Source: a virus
Direction: 5' to 3' (one strand)
DNA length: 64,000 nucleotides
IMG/VR virus record: IMGVR_UViG_3300026519_000239
Location: 10,336-74,335 of that record
Part shown: positions 47,488-55,683 of the stretch, piece by piece
How the letters are laid out: each line of letters starts with the position of its first letter
Numbering within the stretch: position 1 is the first letter of the stretch
Notes under the pieces: generated by a model
What the model saw: only the letters and a program-made list of their open reading frames with translations
The model's database searches: none
What the model was told of the DNA's origin: nothing
Translations under genes and position numbers: made by a program

Positions 47488-47758
47488 CTGAGCCAAAGAG
47501 TGTGATTTCAATTTGTTTAAAACTTACATGAGTAAAAATATACGTATGATGGTAAATAAATTATATTTTTAATTATAACTAAACCAAAGATAAGGGTTGA
47601 GATTGGGGTAAATATAATTTATTTATTAGGATTATTAATCCAATGGATTGGTGAGTTGGAGGAGTTGATTTAATTGTTGGTTAATTTAGTGAGAATTTCT
47701 CGTGGCTCTATTTAGCTGTGTGAGTGTGAGTGTGATGAGTGTGTGAGAGTGTGTGGTT

Positions 47759-47793
47759 AAAAAATAAGCCCCACTACCGTTAGGTAGCAGGGC
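47759..47793 (-). terminator. intrinsic terminator
   Basis: GCCCTGCTACC-TAAC-GGTAGTGGGGC plus U-tract on the - strand. Confidence 0.75.
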
Positions 47794-47803
47794 AATGAGG
47801 CTT

Positions 47804-48202
47804 TTAGAAGAACTTAATGTCTTCGGTCGCCTCAGAGATCCAGTCATCTGGGTTAAACTTAGGTTTATCCTTCTTCTCTGGAGTCGGCTTCTCTTCAGGG
47901 ATCTGTCCAGATGCTTTCAGCTCTTGTATCTTGAGCTGTAACTCCTTGGTATTTAGCTGAAGCTTTTCGATCTCATATTCCTTCTCGAGTTTATACACGG
48001 CAGTACGTGCTGCTGCTAGCTTAAGCTTAGACTTAAGCTTTTGTTCCAGTTGGAGTTTCTGCTTTGAAGCCCTGTACTGGGCCTTCATCTTTTCTCCCTC
48101 AAGGGCGGAACTCGTATACAGGCTTAGAATCTCATGGGCCTCAATTGCAGGCTTTACTGCTCTTTTGATTACAGTCATGGTCTTGTTTACTGCGTCTTTC
48201 AT
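47804..48202 (-). CDS. probable first early gene, coiled-coil (N4 gp1-like)
   Basis: AGGAGG RBS; own upstream module and terminator; resembles 44014..44511. Confidence 0.6.
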   Translation of the reverse strand: MKDAVNKTMTVIKRAVKPAIEAHEILSLYTSSALEGEKMKAQYRASKQKLQLEQKLKSKLKLAAARTAVYKLEKEYEIEKLQLNTKELQLKIQELKASGQIPEEKPTPEKKDKPKFNPDDWISEATEDIKFF

Positions 48203-48230
48203 TACTAATCCCTCCTACAGGCTAGTATGT

Positions 48231-48278
48231 TAAGTGACGGACTACGGTAGCCCCATGCTACCTAGAACCAAACACCCC
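48231..48278 (-). promoter_or_regulatory. conserved early promoter/leader module, copy 4
   Basis: TAAG..GGTAGC-CCCAT-GCTACC..AACCAAACACCCC. Confidence 0.55.
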
Positions 48279-48321
48279 GGGGGGCAGGTCGGATCCAGTC
48301 CACGTACAGACACCCCCTAAG

Positions 48322-48673
48322 CCACTGTCTGCTGCTAATATATTTTTGATGTCAGAAGTTTTTTCATACCACTGTCTATTAGTAGTATATTTTTGATGTC
48401 AAAAGTTTTTCTCCCTCACACCTAAGCTACCACTCTCTGCTAATGGTAGATTTTTTACCTCAAAACTTTTTCTTAGATATTTCTAAGCCACTCTCTGCTG
48501 ATGATATATTTTTTGTCCCAGAACTTTTTTTCATACTACCATCTGTTGCTAATAGATTTTTTATGCTGAAACTTTTTCCCTATACTGCTCTCTATTAGTA
48601 GTATGTTTTTTATCTCAAAAGTCTTCCTATACTGATCTCTATAATTAACAGATTGCTTATCTTAATAATCCTC
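48322..48673. repeat. array of 6-7 degenerate ~42-bp repeats
   Basis: CCACT(G/C)TCT-N8-TA(T/G)ATTTTT-N6-RRAASTTTTT at 48322, 48369, 48430, 48488, 48536, 48585, (48632). Confidence 0.8.
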
Positions 48674-49133
48674 TCAATCCAGTACTATTCCTCTTAAGTT
48701 GGTTTCTATCCTTAATCTTCTTAGTTGTTGTATCTCTTAATCTAAACCAATGGTTTAGCTATAGCTAACTTGTACTCTAATCCAATGGATCTCTACAGCT
48801 AGTTTGTATTTGGTTTCTGGTTTTACTGTTTAGCTAAATTTAGGTTTTATCTATATATACAAGATAGGTATATGTAGTAGTTAAATTCCGTTTCCTAAAA
48901 ATTTAGCTAGTATAAATTTATATCTGAAAGTTTTTCTAAGCCAATAGTTGATAGATTGAGTATAGAGTTAGTTGAATGATGTTGGTTTAGTTTGGATTGA
49001 ACCAATAGAAGAGAAGAGATAGATAGAGATAGCTGAATGAGAGTGAGATTTAGATTCTGGATTAGATATAGGGAGGGAGATATAGAGATGCAGAATGGTA
49101 GTAGAAAACTGAGGGTAGTAAATAGTAGAGATA

Positions 49134-49196
49134 CGCTACGCTGAACCAAAGATGATAGTGGAGACTATGGTCTATCTTTATTGGTTCAGCGAAGCG
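49134..49196. repeat. long inverted repeat with GCGNAGCG on both strands
   Basis: CGCTACGCTGAACCAA...TTGGTTCAGCGAAGCG (15/16 paired) with nested stems. Confidence 0.75.
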
Positions 49197-49221
49197 CAAT
49201 TAGAGATGAGAGTGTATTGGT

Positions 49222-49566
49222 TCAGTTAAGCTTATCAATAGTTATTGAACCAACAGCAGAAGCATTGAAAGTATCTGCTATAACGAAATGCTTAGCATAA
49301 GTATCATTCAACAGTTCCTTAACGTCCTTGATGCTCACTGCACCGTTTATGATAGGTACAGTATTTGAGTTCATGGATGTTCCGTATCTGATGTTTACAA
49401 GGAATGCTAAATTTCTATCACCAGGTGTTCTTGCTATCATATATACAAGATCATTTCTTGTATCTATAAGCTTGGTTCCAACTGCAAGTACTGTTGCTCT
49501 GTCATGTGTAATTGCTTCAACTGTGAGAGTTGTCTTTGTTACTAGGATGTTGGGTTGTTTAGTCAT
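49222..49566 (-). CDS. hypothetical protein
   Basis: AGGAG RBS before ATG 49566 (ORF track starts at 49614). Confidence 0.6.
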   Translation of the reverse strand: MTKQPNILVTKTTLTVEAITHDRATVLAVGTKLIDTRNDLVYMIARTPGDRNLAFLVNIRYGTSMNSNTVPIINGAVSIKDVKELLNDTYAKHFVIADTFNASAVGSITIDKLN

Positions 49567-49606
49567 CTGGTTTCTCCTGTTAAGTGTTGTGTTGATTTCT
49601 ACATTG

Positions 49607-49810
49607 CTAGCCATACATGGCTTTCTTGAGAATTCGTTTGATGACTCTTTCCCATTTGGATTGGGAGTAGTTAGGAATTGGCTTATCCCACATTGGTCCT
49701 TTACGAGTCAATGCATAGATTGCGTACAGAAGCCTTAGATCAGCATTCTTGGTATTGGCTCTATTGGATTCTAAGAAGTACTCCCTAAATGTCTTTGGTT
49801 TGGTTGTCAT
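49607..49810 (-). CDS. small basic hypothetical protein
   Basis: 67 aa, ATGA-coupled to the upstream ORF. Confidence 0.55.
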   Translation of the reverse strand: MTTKPKTFREYFLESNRANTKNADLRLLYAIYALTRKGPMWDKPIPNYSQSKWERVIKRILKKAMYG

Positions 49811-50094
49811 GTTCGTATCTGATCCATCAATTGCTCTAATCCATAGAGTTCAATGACTTTATTTAAGGAGTCAGTGATGATCCTACTCAACGGATAATCA
49901 AACTGGTAGGTAGTAGATAAATAGGACACTTTCTCTATGTGGAGAGGAGTATTCACCCTTACTACGAAACGATCATACTTATCCCATTTCAGTATGTCCA
50001 GTACTATTCCCAATGGAAGTTTTCTTTTGGTTTTATTGTCGTAATCTACAGTGAGTACATGTTCTAGTTTCTCTTTCGTAAAGTCAGTATTCAT
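49807..50094 (-). CDS. hypothetical protein
   Basis: 95 aa, AGGA RBS. Confidence 0.55.
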   Translation of the reverse strand: MNTDFTKEKLEHVLTVDYDNKTKRKLPLGIVLDILKWDKYDRFVVRVNTPLHIEKVSYLSTTYQFDYPLSRIITDSLNKVIELYGLEQLMDQIRT

Positions 50095-51419
50095 TGATTT
50101 TTCCTATTGCTGCTATTGATTCATTGACCCAATAAACCAAACCAAAGATAGCTCATTCTCACAGTATCTACTACAAGCTCACTAAGGCTTCCCACCAACC
50201 ACACCCCCAAAACACCACACACCAAACCAGCCCAACCAAACCACACCAAACAAACCAACCCAACCTACTATGCATGTTGCTGATTGAGAGAATTTATAGA
50301 ATTTAGAGATATCTGACTTAGCTTAGATAGCTAATTTATAGAGATAGGAATAGAGGAATAATTTAGTTAGCTGATGGAGCTGAGAATCCTACGGACATAA
50401 TACCCCATTACCAGTTAGGAGGAGGCCCAGGGGTTGATTTGCAGTCCCGTGGATTTCCTTCGAGAGGTTAACTAGCCTCCCTTACTGTATATATCTATAT
50501 ATTAGTTATATAGATTGGGTATATACAGTATCTAACTAATAATTCTACCAGACTCTCTTTGAGTCACTATTCAAGTTGTTATCTTGAATAGGTCAGTTAT
50601 ATAACCTAGTAATTATCTACTAGACTCCTAACTGCCAGGTTGTCAGGGGTTGGACATTGCCTGGATTAAAGTTATAAGGCTTCTTTGGGTTTAATAGCTC
50701 TGCGACCTTATAGCGCTTGCGATGGTATGTTGGATTGTTGTTGGGGTAGCTAATCCTACTCACCAACCCGCCCCCTGCGGATACACGCGTTATACAGAAA
50801 GTTATAGATAGATACAAGAGCTTTCTGTAAGAGAGATATAGAACCAACCCTAATTCAGCTATTCCTTTACTTTTTTGGTTCAGCGAACGAAGTGAGCGTT
50901 GCAAGCCGTTAAGGGGGGAAAGGAAGGGCTTACGTAGCGTAGCGTAGTAAGCCCTGACGTCCGGAGCGTAGCGGAGGCCCCCCAAGGCGCGCAGTGAGCG
51001 TAGCGAACGAAGTCTCTACCTTAGAAAGCCAATCTAGATATACCCAATCTTCTAGCCCTTTTTTATGGGCACAAAGCAATACTGTATTCCGCCATACAGA
51101 CCACTTCCGCTACCGATACCTCCCCTGAGAATTGATGCTCCATTCACTACGTTCATTCCGCATAAATTTCAGGGGGGCATCTCCGCTCACGTGGTCTTAC
51201 TGGCTCCATACAAAGAATCCCTGTCGGGAGGTGAGAATATGCCTCTAATTCTTCACTGAATGCGCTGTGAGTGGATTTCAGCTATTGAGATGATGATAGG
51301 TAGGGGTAGACGGGTTAGAACGCAATACAGAGAGGATTTTGGATTTGCAGATGTTGCTGGGCTGAGATGAGTGGGGATGGGTGTGAGCTAGAAGGTAAGA
51401 TTGATGGTGAGTTGAGTTA

Positions 51420-51945
51420 TTAGCGGGCAGGAGAGATCAAAGACCCCAAGGGGGAGAACCTGGGGAAAAAGACTGGTTACTGCGTAGCTTGTTCTTATCT
51501 GCCCGGTGAGATCAGTATTTGTGCGGTATTGGCCTTGCCGGGATTTCGTACTGACTACAACAGTAACCATTGTCAGTACAGCGCACGGGTCGAGGGAATC
51601 CATCACGTCAATCAGGCACCGGCTTCAACGGTAGTCTCGTTACAGACTGCTGCGTTATTGTCCTGACTGCACTGGCTTTGCAGACTCACTACGATGGGCA
51701 ATCAACTTTATCGAGTAACTGTACCGTCTACAGGTATCAGCATATTGGCTTATGTATGAGCATGCTAGTAGCTTTTAGCTCCACTCTCCGCCGGGGTCGT
51801 ACTCAAGGTATGGCATTGGTAACGTGCCGCCCTTGCTTGAACAGTTTACCGCTGAAACCACGGATTCTCTGAACAGTATCTAGCTATGAACGTCTCATGC
51901 TGATACTCAACGTCTGCCCCGCCCGGTTGTGATATTGGGCCTCTT
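51420..51945 (+). ncRNA. candidate large structured non-coding RNA
   Basis: Many nested stems, a 10-bp long-range helix, two perfect loop-loop complementarities, G-U pairs favouring the + strand, no credible ORF. Confidence 0.55.
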
Positions 51946-51966
51946 AAACGCTAACAAGCGATTGTG

Positions 51967-51995
51967 ATTCTACGTTGTGGGTTTTGACTTGTCCA
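51967..51995 (-). promoter_or_regulatory. sigma70-like promoter
   Basis: TGGACA-N17-TAGAAT on the - strand just past the thyX-operon terminator. Confidence 0.45.
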
Positions 51996-52012
51996 GTACA
52001 AAGTAGTGGCGT

Positions 52013-52048
52013 AAAAAAGCCCTGAATACCTCCTACAGCATTCAGGGC
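52013..52048 (-). terminator. intrinsic terminator of thyX operon
   Basis: GCCCTGAAT stem plus U6 on the - strand. Confidence 0.8.
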
Positions 52049-52079
52049 CGGGGTTGCCAGTAGAGGAACGGTTACTGGC

Positions 52080-52532
52080 TTATTTCGATAGAAAGGGGTT
52101 ACTCCCAACACTACCTTTCTGAATATTATGGAAGTTCAGATGTGCATGGAACTTCGGATGCTTCATTATCTTGTGTCTGATGAGCTTTCTGGCTTCTTTG
52201 CAGGTCTTCAGGTAGTTTGTATTGGCTCTGAGTCCTTGAAGCGTCCTGCGTTCATACAGAGCGTCTTTTGGATCAACATTCATGGCGTAGATATGCTCTG
52301 CCAGTTTGGTTAGAAGTGTTCTGTAGTGGATGTACTCTTTGTCCCTTTGAGATTCGTAGTGATACTCATCGTCCCTGCTGTTTTGAATAGTGCTGTCATA
52401 GTCAATCAGACATTTTCCTAGTGCTTTCACCAGATGATAATCAGTGAATGCAGGTGAGTTTTCAACCAGTGTCAGCGTGTAGTACATGATTTTCTGAGCG
52501 AGGGTTTCATTAGTTTTAATTTCAACTAGCAT
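52080..52532 (-). CDS. hypothetical protein
   Basis: 150 aa, AGGAG RBS. Confidence 0.6.
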   Translation of the reverse strand: MLVEIKTNETLAQKIMYYTLTLVENSPAFTDYHLVKALGKCLIDYDSTIQNSRDDEYHYESQRDKEYIHYRTLLTKLAEHIYAMNVDPKDALYERRTLQGLRANTNYLKTCKEARKLIRHKIMKHPKFHAHLNFHNIQKGSVGSNPFLSK

Positions 52533-52547
52533 AGATGTTTCTCCTAT

Positions 52548-53537
52548 CTATAGGTTATTGAATGCATTTTTCATGCCAAGTCGTTGGCATATTGCGTAAA
52601 GCAACTCCAAATCCAATTGGTTTGGTAGTAAGTTCTGTACCATTGTCTTTAAAGATGATGTTCCGTATTTACTGTATTTCTTGGTTCTACAGAAAGCTTT
52701 AAATTCATCCACCGAGAATGCATCCATTGGCGTAGGAAGAGTACGCAGCGCTCGTACTTTAACTAACTGTGATGGATGAAGTTCTGATATGGGAATCAAT
52801 GTCCAATACGTTCCTGTAGATCTGAACCAGTAGAACTTTCCCGTTGATGCTACATAGCGAATAGAACCTCCGGGAGCATCCGTCCACACTCTTGTTGTAT
52901 CGTCTTTTAGGTTTACTAAAGATTCAACCCACGAATGCCACCCAATATCTACAGCTAGCATATTAGCTATGTGTCCTGTATCCGGTTGCTGTAGGTGTTT
53001 TGGCTGCTTGATCGCAGTTAACCCATCCATGGTTGTGAAGTCAGTTAGGTACAGTCCTCCATAATCAACTGAGTTGTTGAGGATGTTGTCTCTGTACTCT
53101 TTTGGGCTGGTTAGTTTCAGTTTCTTGGATGATCTTGTTGGAAAGCTTAGAAGTCCCTTCGGAGCACCTATAGCAATGTTTCCTAGTCTAAGCATTGATT
53201 GAGTGCTTGTCTCTTCGTAGGATGCGTATGGAGGCGTTCTAGGCAGCATTTTGTGTATGACATTAGCCCATGCTGAGAACATTGCTCTATGGCGCGTAGG
53301 GAGGATTGAGTAAGACAACGCTGCTTCTACTGCACTGTTCCATAACATGATCTTGAACATACTGTCGTTGCGTTTCTCATACGCCAGTAGAATTGCTGCT
53401 ATCACATCCTTCTTCATCGTGAATGATGGGTACTTCGGAGGATATCTGTACACGTGATGGTAGTTGTACTCTGTATCCAATAGTGGATTCAGATACTCCT
53501 CCTGTGTCTTTGGTTTAGAGTGGAGTAGCGATGTCAC
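52548..53537 (-). CDS. hypothetical protein
   Basis: 329 aa, GTG start with AGGAG RBS, adjacent to thyX. Confidence 0.65.
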   Translation of the reverse strand: MTSLLHSKPKTQEEYLNPLLDTEYNYHHVYRYPPKYPSFTMKKDVIAAILLAYEKRNDSMFKIMLWNSAVEAALSYSILPTRHRAMFSAWANVIHKMLPRTPPYASYEETSTQSMLRLGNIAIGAPKGLLSFPTRSSKKLKLTSPKEYRDNILNNSVDYGGLYLTDFTTMDGLTAIKQPKHLQQPDTGHIANMLAVDIGWHSWVESLVNLKDDTTRVWTDAPGGSIRYVASTGKFYWFRSTGTYWTLIPISELHPSQLVKVRALRTLPTPMDAFSVDEFKAFCRTKKYSKYGTSSLKTMVQNLLPNQLDLELLYAICQRLGMKNAFNNL

Positions 53538-53539
53538 TG

Positions 53540-54754
53540 TTAGTCTCCTGTGTATACGATGGTTTCAGTTCCTCTCTTGTATGAAGGTACGTGGATTGTG
53601 CTTGCATCCTTTACTTTCAAGAATGCTGCTCTTAGCGTTGGGTGTACAGATCGACCGCACCGTAACTCTTGGATGTACCTGTAATTAGATGGACTTACAA
53701 CACCATGGAAAGCATCAGTCATGGCACCAAGTCTAGTTAGGATGTATGGCTTATTCTTTGCACTTTTTGGTACTTCAAGTGGTTCCATCTCTCGCTGCCC
53801 TGTTTCTACGTAGAACGGATGAGGGAATGCTTTTGGATTAGGTAGGATGAATGGAACATCTTGGATTGTTCTGTGTCTCATCAAGTCTCTGAGAGATCTG
53901 TAATCCAGAGCAGCAGAGAATGTGTGAGTCCTTCTGTTGTAGGTTACATGCGGCTCTGAGATGGCTTTTGGTGGAGCTGTTATTACTGGTGTAGCTTTGT
54001 TGTGGATCGGGAAATGAGCAGGTGCATATCCACGCTCTTCGATGGTTTGAGACCAGTGGATACCTGGGTACATCTCACAAGTAAGCTCGTATAGCGCCTT
54101 GGCTACATCTAGCGCAGGGTAGTGATGCTTGGTTCCTATGTATTCAGTTGTAGTGATGATGTCCTGCAATGTGCGTAGGCGGACTGAGAGGCTTAGCATC
54201 GTTTTGGTTGAAGTTGGTAGAAAGCCTCCTGCAATATCGAAAGCATAAGCATCAATACTGGCTTTGGTGATTTGATCTCTATTGAGATCACCTGCCCATC
54301 TGTGCATAGCTCTCTCAACTACGTTATGGAAGACTTCTGTAGCCAGATCATCTTGAGCTGTGAGTGCTGCTACATAGCGAGTACTTACCTCTGTACCTGC
54401 GTATAGAGGGTGATGTTGTAAGGCCTTTGCAGTGATGATGTCACAACCTTCTACGCATATCAGAGCAGTACCAGCATCGAGGATTGATGAGTGGTTGTAT
54501 TGGATTGCCCACTTGTTGAGGAAGTTTGCAGCAGGGCTTTTGGATCGTGTGTTGGCGTATGAAGGGCGGATCCGATACAGCTCATATCCATTTGATTCTG
54601 GTAGGAATTCAATAGTGAAATCCTTGAAGTGTTTATGGATGTGTTCCACTATGGATACAGCACTACGGCTATAGAGAGCCTGTATGTAGGCTTGAAAGTC
54701 TGCTGGAAGCTGGTCGCAGATGACGATACGTTTCTGTAGATTGGATTTATTCAT
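53540..54754 (-). CDS. thyX: flavin-dependent thymidylate synthase (long, two-domain type)
   Basis: ALYSRS, HSSI.D, E.STRYV, RDLMRHR and ELR....VHP motifs. Confidence 0.8.
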   Translation of the reverse strand: MNKSNLQKRIVICDQLPADFQAYIQALYSRSAVSIVEHIHKHFKDFTIEFLPESNGYELYRIRPSYANTRSKSPAANFLNKWAIQYNHSSILDAGTALICVEGCDIITAKALQHHPLYAGTEVSTRYVAALTAQDDLATEVFHNVVERAMHRWAGDLNRDQITKASIDAYAFDIAGGFLPTSTKTMLSLSVRLRTLQDIITTTEYIGTKHHYPALDVAKALYELTCEMYPGIHWSQTIEERGYAPAHFPIHNKATPVITAPPKAISEPHVTYNRRTHTFSAALDYRSLRDLMRHRTIQDVPFILPNPKAFPHPFYVETGQREMEPLEVPKSAKNKPYILTRLGAMTDAFHGVVSPSNYRYIQELRCGRSVHPTLRAAFLKVKDASTIHVPSYKRGTETIVYTGD

Positions 54755-54783
54755 ATTTTTCCTCTCATGTTAGGAGTTGATAG

Positions 54784-55683
54784 ATGGCGGCTACTCGGAA
54801 ACACAAACCCAAGAAACCGATTAAGCAAAAACGCATTGGTAGGAAGTACACAAAGGTCAATCCAATTGCTGAGGCAGTTGAGAATAGAGCTGTGAAAGAA
54901 GCACAGACAGCTATCAAACCAGTACGACTCAAACGTAGTACCCAGACAATTGCTAAAAATGTAGTAGTGGATCAAGTCACTGCTAATGATTTGAAGGAGA
55001 TCATTCCTGAACTCCAGAGGGTCAATAACAAGACTCTGGATCTGATCAATGAGTACCTGAGTGATGGTACTTATGGTACCCAGTTTGAACAGATGCTTAT
55101 GGATTATAGGCACTTGTTTAAGAACAAGGAAGGGGTGCAGCTACGGACATACGTGCAAAATATTCAGTTTATGGTACTGACTATGCAGGGACTTAGTGAT
55201 GTTGATGCATACGCCCGTATCTTCCCTGCTAAGTACAAGCAGATCATGACGTATAGCAAGAACCCTACTCTTGATTTGCGTACCAAGATAGGCATATTTA
55301 AGAACAATCCAACTATGCATCTGCTACAGCAGATGGTGATGGTTCCTACCTGTATTTCGCACAGACACCTATTCTACGACGCACTTAATGTTGCTGCTGA
55401 CATTATGAAAGATGAGGATGTGAGGGCTGGATCAAGGGTAGATGCTGCTGCTTTGGTTATGCAGTACACAGCCATTCCAGATCATATTCAGCGACACATG
55501 GAGGAACAGAGCAAGACTATTGACACTGAAGAAGCAGAAGATAAGAAAATGGATATTATTGCTCAACTTGTTGATGCTACCAATGCTTTGGCTCAAAAGC
55601 AGCAAGAGATGATTAAAAATAAAACTACTAATGTGAAAGATATAGCTACTGGGAGAATTATTGAGGTGAACGAAGATGAATAG
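54784..55683 (+). CDS. N4 gp69-like protein (putative terminase small subunit)
   Basis: YV..IQF..AYARIFP..Y and A..V.A..M..RVDAA motifs; directly upstream of TerL. Confidence 0.7.
   Translation: MAATRKHKPKKPIKQKRIGRKYTKVNPIAEAVENRAVKEAQTAIKPVRLKRSTQTIAKNVVVDQVTANDLKEIIPELQRVNNKTLDLINEYLSDGTYGTQFEQMLMDYRHLFKNKEGVQLRTYVQNIQFMVLTMQGLSDVDAYARIFPAKYKQIMTYSKNPTLDLRTKIGIFKNNPTMHLLQQMVMVPTCISHRHLFYDALNVAADIMKDEDVRAGSRVDAAALVMQYTAIPDHIQRHMEEQSKTIDTEEAEDKKMDIIAQLVDATNALAQKQQEMIKNKTTNVKDIATGRIIEVNEDE

Noticed and set aside
48322-48673. CRISPR array, or a repeat protein on the - strand
   Set aside because: Repeats are degenerate with only ~5-19 nt between them, no unique 30-40-nt spacers and no cas genes; unit spacing breaks the reading frame
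46926-49149. ORFs 46926..47180, 47125..47313, 47177..47464, 48907..49149
   Set aside because: Arise from repeats and strand-biased low-complexity DNA; no credible RBS
50620-51872. ORFs 50620..50985, 51065..51259, 51388..51606, 51570..51872
   Set aside because: Mostly non-ATG starts, no clear RBS, atypical composition, and they overlap dense base-pairing
51420-51945. Group II or group I intron, tmRNA, RNase P
   Set aside because: GTGCG at 51521 and GAGACTAC on the - strand are present, but I see no domain V, no P7 partner, no interrupted gene and no tRNA-like ends
43000-52000. Canonical N4 vRNAP promoters (5-7-bp stem with GNA triloop)
   Set aside because: GCGNAGC words lack extended stems and are not placed before early genes; CC-AAT-GG hairpins (~47637, 48742, 48779) have the wrong loop
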